Below are positions 1 through 11,473 of a DNA stretch of 64,000 nucleotides, piece by piece (within the stretch, counting starts at the first letter, position 1; every line of letters starts with the position of its first letter). The position numbers were made by a program, and so were the translations under genes. A model generated the notes under the pieces. The model was not told where the DNA came from. It saw only the letters and a program-made list of their open reading frames with translations, and made no database searches. The stretch is from Podarcis cretensis (Eukaryota). The stretch covers positions 26,784,001-26,848,000 of the forward strand of contig OX638153.1 of the NCBI GenBank assembly GCA_951804945.1, written 5' to 3'.

Positions 1-529
1 TCCAATGCTGTGAATGAAAGTGAATTTCCATGCTCTTGTAGAACTGGCTCATGCTAAATTAAATTTGTTTTGTTCGTCGCATAAAATCCATGCGGTTAAT
101 GTGTGGAAGCAGCAAACACACACACACACACACGCTTTATCAGTGACTTGAAAATTCCTGTTGATTTTTTCCCCCATTTCCTTGAGTTTCTCTCTAGAAT
201 ACTGGCAGTAAAAGCGTACACAGTCTTGAGACAGAAGGGAGAGGGGGTGAGGAAAGAAGAAGAAAAAAACAGTACCAATATCAGAAATCTACCTTTCAAA
301 AGCACCTAATATTTCAGTCCTAAAGATTCCTTTGGCATAAGCAATAATGACATAATCTTTGCAATAGCTGCTTAAGTGTATGTTTTTGTGGTGCTGGCCT
401 GCACAGGCCACCCTAAGCATGTCTTTGTTTAGAAAGGGGCGTGCTGGTGCAACATTTGATAACTTGGCATAATCACATTAAAGTTATGGTACCTGAAAGA
501 TCGTCACACTCCTTTTATTCAGAAATTAT

Positions 530-725
530 CACTATGCTCTGCAAGAGAGGGCCTCCTTCAGGTACCATCTGATCAAAAGTTCTGTTCCATACAATACAGG
601 AATCAGACCATTACTGTGGTGGCACCTACCCTTTTGGTACTCCCACAATTTAAAAGATAGGCCACCATTTCTAGTGTATTTCCGTTGGCTAGCAAATACT
701 TTCCTTTTTCAGCAAGCCTTTTAAG
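530..725 (+). mobile_element. Degenerate L2 LINE 3' fragment
   Basis: Reads roughly SAREGLLQVP...TITVVAPTL, followed by an L2-like 'cagcaagccttttaa' end. Recognised by eye; boundaries approximate. Confidence 0.4.
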
Positions 726-889
726 TAGAGATTTTTGTCCCAGTCTGTGCCTGTATTGAATCTGAAACTCTCTTAACATATGCCATTGTTGCTGGCGTGC
801 CTCTTTATTGCTTCCTAAGACTCCATTTTTGCTCAGAGTATTAAGAGTAGAATGTCTGTGTAGCAAACTGACCATTTGCTGTTTGTATG

Positions 890-958
890 TTATGAATACG
901 TCGTCTTCTCCACATGCCGGACTTCCTTCTTCGTCTTCATCTTATAACCTTCTCCCTG
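890..958 (-). CDS. ANK3: ANK3 last coding exon (QGEGYKMKTKKEVRHVEKTTYS*); exon extends to donor at 873
   Basis: Acceptor ccattaaag|CAG at 959-960, TAA at 890-892, donor AATG|gtcagt at 872-871. Matches the ankyrin-G C-terminus. Confidence 0.93.
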   Translation of the reverse strand, partial: QGEGYKMKTKKEVRHVEKTTYS

Positions 959-3182
959 CTTTAATGGAAAGGTACACATTCAGAAATCAGATGCCGAGGT
1001 TTCTATCAAACTGATTTCTAGCACGTCCCATGCAGCTGGAATGGGACATGTAAGAAGCTATTGAATCTGAGCACTTCAGAGACACACAAACCACAGCTCT
1101 GTAGCCAGTCTACTAAGCTGCAAAAAACACAAGCTTTCAGTACCATCAGGAAACATAGGAAACATAGCCTTACAATGTTATTAATTGTATGCTAGACTGG
1201 GATACTGCCGCAGTTCAGTGATGATCAGGAAATATCACAGGTCTACTTCCCTTAATGCAATTTTGAATGTTTCACCCCTCTTGAAAAGCCAGATTCCCCT
1301 TTCTGGACATCCCAAGTTAGCAGATCCTTTGGAAACAAAGCTCACTGCTCTTAACAGAGTTCATAACAGCTCAGCTTCAACTGAAGTAAATTAGTAATGG
1401 AGAAAATGTAATGAAAGGGGGGAAGAGGAAAGTCAGTAAAAGTATTTGCTAAAGCGAAACGCATCTGCAACAAAATCTAAAAGCTGACACACAGTGCAGA
1501 TCTCCTGTCTTTTGCCACTGAAAGACAATAACCAAAGATGCATAGTACTGTTGAAGGAATGAAAGCTCATTGGTATTAATGAAAAAATGTGGTCTCTAAA
1601 AAGCATAGGTCTAATACAGAAGAACCAGAATTTTCACAAGTTGCTTTTTCTGAAAATTGTGAGATGCAAGTGATGGTCTCAGCCTACTCTCCTGTCTAAC
1701 TACATAATGGTGTTCCATGATGCTGAACCTGGTACTCAGTTGGACAATCCCATTTCCTCCTCATTAATGCCTGTCATTCTCCCTGTTTTTTTAAAAAATT
1801 AATTCATTGAGAGTATTCCATTCTCCTGATGTAGAAATACATTTTTCTCACATTTTTTCCTTTTAAATTGGCAAACCAACTTTTGCCTGCAGATGGAACA
1901 TAGCTCTACTGGCAAAGGATTGGCAGCATCAAAACATTTTGTTAGAAGAAAGTTGTGCTTTTGACAGGGTAACCAAGTAAACCGTTAGGTTAGGTCATTA
2001 ACTTGTGCTGGCCAGTTTTAATGGGGGGGGGCAGTCTGTGAATTAAGGGCATACTTGTTTATTTTTTGATGCTGTTTTGCTTCTGGGGTGTTGCTGTATT
2101 TGAGAATGGCTTTAGCCTTTCTTTTTTAAAAAGAAAGCAACCTTCCCTTTTTACGATAAGCAATACCTTTTGTTTCTTAAATAACATGGTATCTTCTTTC
2201 AACTTCTCAAAAAGGACAAGTGCTTAAGTCTGGGTATTGTGCAAACTTACCTTAAATGTAATTCATTAATTGGTTAAAAAAACAGGTGATTAATCAAGAC
2301 TTTCCCTAGGGCCTTTTTTAAAAATAGGAATTCAAAGATCATTAGAAAAGCTGACTTCAATTTGGACCTTAATAGGGGAAAATTTAGAAGAAGAATAATC
2401 GCTTGGTGCTAAAAAGTAAAAAACCAAAACAAAATCCCTCCACAAATCTGGCATTGTTTTAGTCTATAATCCAAACGTCAAGGATAAGAAACCTCCCTGA
2501 TAGCTTTTGATTCCCATCAGTATTGGGCATTGTGGATAGTGGTCAGGATTGAGGGCAGCTATAGTCCAGAAACTAGAGGGCTTCAGGAACCCCATCACTG
2601 GTTCTTGTTTCATGCTTGCACCCTCAGCTACCTGCAGTGCAATCCTAGCATAACGTTTCCTGGGAAATCACTCCCTACTATGTCCACTGGAGGGGGGGAC
2701 TACTCCCAGGTAGGTTTCCACAGGATTCCAGCCTGTGCCACAGAAAGCTCTTTTACAGCAAAAGACCACAAAGTTAGCCCCTCCCCTCCAGTTTGCTCTG
2801 TGTCCTCTGTCAAGCTAGTAAAAGAAACTGGAGGAGGTAGTAGGAGATGGGAATGGCAAAGTGTGTTCAGGCTCAGACTCTGCCATTTCAAATGGCTGTA
2901 TTAAAAATCACTCCTAATGCTAACGTTTCCTACTAGAATATCAAAATGAAATACATTTCTCTCAAGAATCTGAAGGCACTGAATGAAAAACCGAAGAACC
3001 CTGCCAGCACACAACACACTATTTGTGAGACCTTGCCTTTTCTGAGTTCAAAATGCACAGCTTGTCAAAAGCACAGGCACTCTTGCTTTGCATTGCTTTA
3101 ATGTTAAACTGCAAGCAGTCTTTAGCATTTAGAGAACCAACACAGCCCTTATTTGCTATTCCTGCACACACACACTGGTTAC

Positions 3183-3242
3183 CATGTCACCAGGTTTTTT
3201 CTCATGTGGGATAACAACACGCCTTAACACTTTCCGGGTAAC
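3183..3242 (-). CDS. ANK3: ANK3 muscle-type alternative exon ([20 protein letters not shown])
   Basis: 60 nt, phase 0/0, ctacag|GTT ... ATG|gtaacc. TRKVLRR obscurin-binding-type motif. Confidence 0.88.
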
Positions 3243-3376
3243 CTGTAGGGAAGCAATATGAAAAAAACAAAAATCGATACTTTTTCCACCCGACTCTGAA
3301 TGGACAAAGCTAATGTAGAAAGCGTCAACAGAGAGAGGCAGAGGGAGAAAAGAATGAAAATGCAAGGTGGGATTAC

Positions 3377-3460
3377 TTTTCGGGTGACGAGGTTGCCTTC
3401 TTCATCAGTAAACTGTTCTTCTGTAACAGATTCACCAGGAATGTTTTTTGCCTCCTCACC
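3377..3460 (-). CDS. ANK3: ANK3 muscle-type alternative exon ([28 protein letters not shown])
   Basis: 84 nt, phase 0/0, ctttag|GGT ... AAA|gtaatc. [12 protein letters not shown] is the conserved obscurin/titin-binding-related motif of ANK1/2/3. Confidence 0.93.
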
Positions 3461-5683
3461 CTAAAGAATGTGTTACAATATTAGCCAGTTACCCATATTC
3501 CCAAATATTGGCTATTCAACACCACTCCGAGCAATAAAAACATGCCATGTTGGATTTTACTTGTCAGAAACAGCAGCTACTGATGTTCATATGGTAGTGT
3601 CACATTTAAAAAGTCTTCTTAAACTTAGAAGCCATCTGTGATGGGCTGTCATTGGAAGTTGCCTGTAGTGGATGTACTCTGTGTACATGCACAGGCCTAT
3701 CTTGATCCTTGCCATGCTATGAAGGAACACCAAAAAATGGGTGGGATTTACCTAACAAACCCCATCAGTGGAAGCCTTGTGCAACAGGGCTTTCGGTCCT
3801 TCCCCCAGCACCCCACAAAATTTGCTTGCGGGAGTCAGAAGGACCCCCAGAACAATATGTAGGGGTGTTTCGTTCTGTTTGGCAAGCTGAAATGCTTGCG
3901 CTGATAGAATATTTGTAGTAGCCTGGTGTTTACTTCTACTCAGAGGATATCCCCCCTGAAATAATGGTTTTCCTTTCTTGCTGACTATTCCAGCAGACAA
4001 AGACTAAGGTTCCATCTACCCACATGATTCTTTTTAACTTCATATTTTGAATAGTCCTTCCCTTACACTATAGGGGTTTTTTTATAAGTCATACCAGAAA
4101 TGCTGATTAGTCATTGATGGCCAGGTAATAAATCACAGAAGCAAACAAATTAGTGTGTTTAAAAAGTCAATTCTGACATGCAGAAATAGTTCATCTTGGA
4201 CTATATCGCTTAATACTGCAGTTGCTGTTATCATGCTTGACTACTCTTTGTGTTTGAATCTTAACTGTTATGAAAAGCTGGAACAAAAAATTGGGAAAGC
4301 AGCTTAGGGTAAAACAATTTTCTCTGATATGCTAACTTTAAACATTCAGAAAGGTTTTTTTTAAACAACAACAACAAAAACAAACCAACCAACCATGAGA
4401 TAACAGTCCAACACATGCTTTCTGAAGTGGAACAGCCCCTAGGAAGCAGACCACATGCTCAGAAGCTGAATCTCTGCATCCTAGGGAGCTGCTCTTTGAA
4501 GAAGAAAGCGAAAAAGCCCTGCAACACATGTAGGTCTTTCTGACTGACTCTTGTTGTGTCTTCCTCCCTTTTAGATGAACTAATTTCTCACGGCATGAAC
4601 TTTCTCAGGCAACTGCCTCCACCAGTAGTGTAGCTAGGTAATCTCAGGCTCTGGGCTTCATGGTCTTACCCTACACTTTCCTCTTTAGATGGCTATGTGT
4701 ATTGGCTAAGTTGTGAACCACACAACTAACATTCCTCACCCTCCCCACAACAATGCTTATTTATGAATAAGCACAATTTTGCTGTAGAAAATGATAATAT
4801 ATTTTACAGTAAACAGAATAAAGTGAGCATCTTTTTTAAAAAATAGAAAGATGTTGCGGTGACCTGGCATGCCTGTGCTGGCCCAGCTGCTGACACCAGG
4901 CCTATTAGCCTGTCATTTTGGACTCTATAGGGTGGGTGGGTGGGTGCTGTGCTGCAGTGCCTTTGATTTTGGCCCTGAGGTCTAGCCCTCTGCATCACTG
5001 CCAAGTGCCTGGTAGGAGCAGACAGACACTCTACAGTGTCTGCTTTCGGATAGATATTTAAGTGTTAGTCAAGAATGTGCATGAATTGCATAAATTACTG
5101 AGGAGCAAAGAGAAGAGGAGAAAGATGTTGGGGGGGGGCCATGAATATTTTTCTGCCTCCCTCCAAGAACCCATAAATTTTGCCAGTGGTGGCAAAATGG
5201 GGGAATAAACCTAAGCTAGACATATTATGTAATTAAAGTAGGTATCAGCCCATCAGATGGATAGTAATGCAAAGAACTCCCTAGCTAGTCATCTATTTAT
5301 TATTCACATTTATAACCTACTCTTCTCCGCAAGGGAGCCCAGGATTGCTCAAAATAATAAAAATTACATAAAAGGTTTTTTTAAAAAACAAAACTATAAC
5401 TTATTGCAGACAGCAGCTAAAACCAGCCAATTGATCATCAGTTGAGGGAGTAGGGATAACCTTTCCCCCACAGCTGATTGTATGGATCAGCTCATGGAGG
5501 GGGGCTGTGGGTCTTGTACATGTGTGTGGTTTGTGGATGTGCAAGAGTGTGGGGTCACACCTGCCACTAGCATACAGCCCCCAGAGTGTTTCTTGGCCAA
5601 CGGGGAATGCCATCCTTGGGTTGAAAAAGGCTAACCACCCCTGATTCAGACTGTTCAGAAGAATGCTATTAAAAACAAAAACT

Positions 5684-6031
5684 GCAAGAACATAGGATCC
5701 TGCTAGATCAGGCCAACAGCCCAGAGTCTTGTTCTTACAGTAACCAACCAGATCCCTGTAGGAAACCCACAAGTGGGAACAGAGCACAAGAGCGCTCTCC
5801 CTGTGCTTCCCAGCAAGTGTTATTCATAAGCAGTACTACCTCAAACCGTGGAGGCAGAGAATACCCATCATGACTAGTAGCCATCAATAGCTTTGTCCTC
5901 TATGAATTTGTTCAATCCTCTTTTAAAGCCATCCAACTTGGTGGCCACCGCTACCTCCTGTGGGAGGAGTTCCATAGCTGTGTGAAGTACTTTCTTTTAT
6001 CTGTCCCAAATCTTCCAACATTCAGCTTCAA
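5684..6031 (-). mobile_element. CR1 LINE 3' fragment
   Basis: Minus strand reads KLNVGRFGTDKRKYFTQLWNS (CR1 ORF2 C-terminus), followed by a CR1-type 3'UTR ending near 'ctatgttctt'. Confidence 0.75.
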
Positions 6032-6379
6032 AATCAGAATTAATATGTCTTTCACAGTTGTTACTAGCCAAGCTATAATGGTCATAGTTGCAAAACTGCT
6101 GTTGATCCAGGTTATAATTTCACTATACTGAGTGGCATTTGTATATATTTCGTCAAAGTGCACCTATAGAGGCAAAGTCATGCTGCACACAGTGGGATTA
6201 CCAAAGGAAACCCATCGTGCAATTTGGTTGTTTTCCACCACAAGTCTTAAGATTATACAAGGGGCAGCCATCAGTTATGAAATACATAGCACACCAAGAG
6301 AAGGAGTATAATGTGAACACTATTAGTACTGCAGTCCAAGACCAACTCCATGCCAGTGGGAACTACAGTCATGCGATAC

Positions 6380-6490
6380 CTTCAGAATCAAACGTCGCCG
6401 ATAAACCCTTGTAGTGATTCTCTGTTCTTCATCTGAGCTTGAATCACTCTGAATCTCAATGTCACTGTCACTGTCACTCTCACTATACTC
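6380..6490 (-). CDS. ANK3: ANK3 muscle-type alternative exon (EYSESDSDSDIEIQSDSSSDEEQRITTRVYRRRLILK)
   Basis: 111 nt, phase 0/0, ttatcag|GAG ... AAG|gtatcg. TTRVYRRRLILK resembles the ankyrin obscurin-binding motif. Confidence 0.88.
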
Positions 6491-7964
6491 CTGATAAATG
6501 CAGTTTTTAGTACATTTTACCAGCTCATTTAAAAGACAAACATGAATCTGAGCAGGAACAGAGGGGGAAAATGGTTATACCCAACATTAGTTCATCCTGA
6601 AAAACACCATAGGGGGGATGTCTGCAATCTTGCTTTCAGGGTAGGTAATATTTCAGTTAGGAGCATTTTGCCATGTCCACAAGTGAGGTAGGCATTCTGC
6701 ATTCAGAGCTGCCTTAAAAATATTTCAAAATACACCACAGTTTTGTACAGGTATAGCCTGGCATAGCCATAAATGCGTGGCAGGCTACATGCAAACCATA
6801 GTTTACTGACAGGGAGGCACACCCCTGGGGACATGTACTCCCTTCCCACTTCCGGTGCACATTTCCCCCCTCTTGTCCCTTGTTGATCTCAAGTGTGGTT
6901 TTATATTACATCAGCAAACCATTGATTGTATATCAGGGGTTGGGCACAAGACCAGGGTTTCAAATTCTGGTTAAGTGGAGACTCTTGTTTAGGAATGTTC
7001 AGGGCTACAGGGAAGGAGGAAGGGCATGGGAAGGCTCTTGTGGTTGGCTCCTCATTTGCAAACCACGGTTTGCAGAAGCGATACAAAAAGCCAAAAGACT
7101 GAAGAATATTAGCAGAAATAATTCTATGATTCTAAGTAGAAGCCCACAAGGAACTTTCGACAGAGGGTAGAGAAGAGAGTAAAGAGCATTTTAATTTTTT
7201 TGCCTTCCATCTGCTCCTGTGGCTCTCTCAACTGACTGGCGAGAGGATCCTGGAGAGCTTGGCACCACAACCCTAGTCCTTTATGTAGGCTTCCTCAGAG
7301 TCCTCTCTTATGCTGAGTCTATGGACCTGGGTGGCCAGCAGGACTCATGGGGTGCTGGCTTCATGTCTAGAGGGTTCTCCTGATGGGGCACTAGACCTTT
7401 GAGGTCCCTTGACCAGTCTCCAAAATAGGTTTGGGGCTGAGCAAGAGCCTTGATTCCATCACAGTTTCCTTCATTGACCTAACTTTCAGTAGCTGCATGC
7501 TGCTCTCCACTGCCAACAGTGAGCAGCATGCACACACATTGGTTCAGAAAGATTTATTGAGAGTTGGGGTTTTTTAACCCATTTGGGGGCAAGTGCCAGA
7601 TTCTCAGAAGGGACCCTTTGCAGTTTTTTGAGCAGGCTCAAAATCACCCCCATCATTTCTTCCTGCTCCCTCACCACAATCCTGCTTCTCTGCTTTCATT
7701 TCAAGGAAAGCTTAAACCTGGGTTTAAGCGAGGCTTTTTAAGTGGCTGATGAGAGGGATGGAGTTTGCGTAAGAGAGGGGAGATCACTAAACTTTGTCAC
7801 TCTAAACTGAAGTTTCAGCACTGCATGGTTGGCCCTAGCTGGGAAGTTTTTGGGGAGAAATATAAAAGGGAAGCCACAGAGGGAAGTTCATTCTATATTC
7901 ACAATGCTTTAGCTGAATTAAGAATGAAAACTCCCACACAAAGTAAGGCGGATGGCATTTATAC

Positions 7965-8343
7965 CTTTTGTTCGGACGATGTTGCTCCTTCCTCTTCCTG
8001 GGCTTTTGGTCTCAGCTTGCTGTCATCGGAAGTATTCCAGCTCGTCTTTTTCATGCTGACAGGCACAGAGGTTTTAGGTGTATCGACTGCTGGCTTGCTT
8101 GCCTCTTGCAAAGATTTCTGATGCGACGTTAATGAGATGGTTTGCTGCTCAGTTCGGAGAGAACTTTGCGTTTTTGGTTTCACAGTTTCCTTGTCGCTCT
8201 GTTTTCCTAGGCTCTTTGCAGACTCCTGAACGAAAGGCTTAGTCTTTGCTTCTGTTGTAGATTCTGAGTAGCTTCCATTGGTTTCCAACTTTCCTGCTTC
8301 TCCTTTGAGATATGAGGTAATAGAATCTCTACACTGGTCAGGG
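7965..8343 (-). CDS. ANK3: ANK3 C-terminal regulatory exon (SPDQCRDSITSYLKGE...SEQK)
   Basis: 379 nt, phase 2/0, ttgtag|C ... AAG|gtataa. Lies within ORF 7959..8435. Confidence 0.95.
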
Positions 8344-8434
8344 CTACAAGAGACAAAGCAAACATGATCAAGCACTGGAAAATAGATAAGTGTTAATTTA
8401 TGTGTTGTACTTCTGTCCCACCCTTCCTCCTCCA

Positions 8435-8593
8435 AGGAGTTCAGGGTGACATATATGGCTAAATATTTTCTTCACAAAAAACCTGTGAGGCTGGTTATGC
8501 TGAGAATGAGAATGAGGAGTTCAGGGTGACATATATGGCTAAGTATTTTCTTCACAAAAAACCTGTGAGGCTGGTTACGCTGAGAATGAGAAT
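8435..8593. repeat. Tandem duplication, two 80-bp units
   Basis: aggagttcagggtgacatatatggctaa...gctgagaatgagaat starts at 8435 and again at 8515, with about two substitutions. Confidence 0.9.
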
Positions 8594-8769
8594 ATGCACC
8601 AAAGGCTCAATATCTACCAATGAGCTTCTATGGCTCAGAGAAAATTTGATGATGATCTGAAGGCAAAGGAAGCTCTGCTGTTTTGGTTTCTCAAACAAAG
8701 AGCAGAATAAAGTTTGTGTGTGTGTTTAACACACAATTCAGACTAGAGCTTTCCATTAAGTACAGTGGG

Positions 8770-8948
8770 AGGGAGTATAGCTCTGCAATAAATTTGGCAT
8801 GCAAAATGTCCCAGGTTTAGTCACTTACAATTCCTCTTAAAAGGATTTCAGTAAGCAGGTGTAGGAAAAGCATTTGCCCCCAAGACCTTGGATGGTAGCT
8901 GCCAACAGTGTGCTTGATTGTTAATAGCATAAGGAAGATTCATATATC
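8770..8948 (+). mobile_element. Degenerate Squam3-like tRNA-derived SINE
   Basis: tatagctc...gcatgcaaaatgtcccaggttt head and a body resembling the copies at 13050 and 59039. Confidence 0.45.
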
Positions 8949-9550
8949 CACATGCCAGTATGGCTAATTAGCATTTTACCAGTGCTGGTTTTGATCTTTT
9001 AGCCCTAGCTTATTTCAGGAAGCATATCCCCTTACATAATTTCCCTCCGTACCCAGAGTATTGAGATCAGCTAACAAGACCCTCCTAAAAGTATAATCAC
9101 CTTTGGATTTTGCTTTAGCATCCAGTGCAAATGCAAAAAGAGCAGCGTCGGGGGTTTTTTGTCACTGCTCTGGGACTTCAGTATACCCATCCTCTCTCCA
9201 GGAGGCCTGTGCAACTTTTACTTTACTTTTTTTGAAATTGGAAAAGTGGTCAAATATTCTTCTGTTGCTTTGGGAACTAAGCTTATGTATTTCCTGCTGC
9301 CCATTCTGTTCTGAGCCTGATTTTATTGTGCACCCCCCCCCCCATCTTAACAGTGTTTGGGATTTCACTGTTTTAAATGCCATATTGTAAATCTGCCTTG
9401 ATAATATCAGTGCCTTATAATCTGGATTGCTGCTTCCTTACATAAGCATTATATAGGTACTTCATCTAGAAATACAATGACCATGGGTTTGGGGGGAAAA
9501 GTCATGTGTTTTCAAAATGAGAACACTTGGTTAGTTGAGCACTTTCATAC

Positions 9551-10208
9551 CTGTCATCTAGTCGATCCAGCAGTTCACCGCTTATTCTGCGTCCTGGTGT
9601 TGGCGGCTCCACATTGACGCTGGAGGCCTCACTCTGCCAACCTGTAATTGAAGACAGTTCCTGTTCTGCCTGCTGCACATACTTAAGAATAGACAAGACT
9701 TTTTCTTCTGTCATCTCCTCAGACTCAACTACTTCGTCAAGGTGAATGTCTTCAAACAGAGATTTAAGCTTTTCTTCCGTCATCTCATCAGTACCAGACT
9801 TTTCTCTCTCCTGCTGCTCAGTTCTCACTAAAGTTGGACTAGTCTCTTGGCTTAGCTTTTGTTTTGGTACCTCGGCACAACTACCAAGATAGCGTGGGTA
9901 ATCATTAAAGTCCATTTCATCCAATTGGATCTGGCCTACATCTTTAGATGCTCCTTCTCTAGGCACTGAGAAATCGTGTTTGCCGTCTTCCAGTGAAGTG
10001 TCTTCTTCAGTCACCACTGGAGGTTCTGCTGCTGTATCATCTATGTTTCCCTGTGGAGTTACTAACACGTCACTCAGTCTACTGGGAGTTCTAAGGGGTG
10101 ACTCTATGCTAGAGAAATCGCTAAAGAAATCATCTTGCTGGGAAGGGGTGGGTGGCACGAAGCGCAACCCAGTGGGAGTTTCCAGTTCCACTTGGATGGT
10201 GGGATAAC
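9551..10208 (-). CDS. ANK3: ANK3 post-death-domain exon, long form with acidic insert (GYPTIQVELETP...LLDRLDD); short form 9551..9641
   Basis: 658 nt, phase 1/2, ccatag|GT ... AG|gtatga. Internal acceptor attacag|GTTGG gives the 91-nt short exon (WQSEASS...). Confidence 0.93.
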
Positions 10209-10887
10209 CTATGGAAGACAGCACATTTGGACTGATTGCAATGAAGTATGGAGTGACATATAATCAAGCATGCAGAGTGGCCAGTTAATTATGTAAAATG
10301 TGGAAAATGTATGAAATGGTAACAACACTTTAATTAGGAATGTAATAATGAATGTAATATCCTTAAAGAATGCAACAAAACCAAAGTAGATGAAATGGCT
10401 AATACAGCACAGCTTATTACTATTGGCCTACAGCACACATGGTTGCAATTTTTCAATTACTGGTTTTCCAGTTATTTCAGTAGTATTATATTTCTCTTCT
10501 CAATAGCAAATGGACTGAATCTGGATTGCTGCTTGCTGTCTTTTTATATCAAGAGTGGTATTTTGTGGCAAAATAACTTTTCTGCTTGTATTTGGATTTA
10601 CTCAAAAAGTTTAAATGTAATGAATTATGTTATAAAGCAAGACAGCCAGGTTTTCTTAAAAATTGGTGTACATTTTTATCATCCAATTTCCAAAAGATAA
10701 AACTACTTGGCTTTATACCATTACAAATGTGAAATATCATCTGTAGATACTTCAACTTTAATCACTGCATCATGATAACGCAGTTGTTAGAAATATGGAA
10801 ATGAACCTTAAAGAGGATAGAAAAGTATAGCATATTCTCAGAGACTGTAGTCAAAATCTAAAACAAAAACTACAGGGTAGGGAGGAT

Positions 10888-11006
10888 CTAGATATAAATT
10901 TCGGGAACGGTAAAACTACAGAGATGAGAGGATTGTGATGAATAAGGAGATCTTGGTGATCTTGGAGACTGAGGCGATCTTGGTGACATGGGTACAATCA
11001 GAAACA
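10888..11006 (-). CDS. Candidate ANK3 alternative terminal exon (VFLIVPMSPRSPQSPRSPRSPYSSQSSHLCSFTVPEIYI*)
   Basis: Strong polypyrimidine tract and AG at 11007-11008. In frame with the upstream phase-1 donor at 12498; SP-repeat peptide. No transcript evidence. Confidence 0.45.
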
Positions 11007-11073
11007 CTGATTGAATAAAGAGAGAAAAGAAAAACATAAGCAACAAAAAAGAGAGAACAATAATTATCTAGAA

Positions 11074-11473
11074 CAGGGATGGCCCGCTGGAGACCTGTGA
11101 GCCTGATCAGCCCTGAAGTACCTCCCCAATTTTAATAAATGTGTGGTACAAACACCTGTCCAAAGAATATTGCATGTAGAATTTAGTGTATAGCTATATT
11201 AAGAGCATCCTGAAAAGGCAAAAGCAAGCTACCAATCAGCCTCATGACAGCATCTTTCCGGAAGGACATTACTTCCTCCACCCAGCAATTAATGATCTTT
11301 TGCCACCCGAACGTGAATGCTCCATACCTATAGAGCCCTTACTGCTAGCTTTGCTATGAAGCCTCATCATCCATAATGAGGTCTGCTTGCTTCTGTGAAA
11401 AGTGCTCTCAAAGCCCAGACTAGCAGCTGGTGAATGGAGCAGCCCCCAGGAATACAGAGGTTGACCATCCCTG
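11074..11473. mobile_element. Degenerate hAT-type MITE
   Basis: Inverted termini cagggatggcc / gaccatccctg. Flanks atctagaa and ctctggca resemble a decayed 8-bp Charlie-type TSD. Confidence 0.4.

Noticed and set aside
8435-8593. CRISPR-like repeat array
   Set aside because: Eukaryotic intron with two adjacent units and no spacers.
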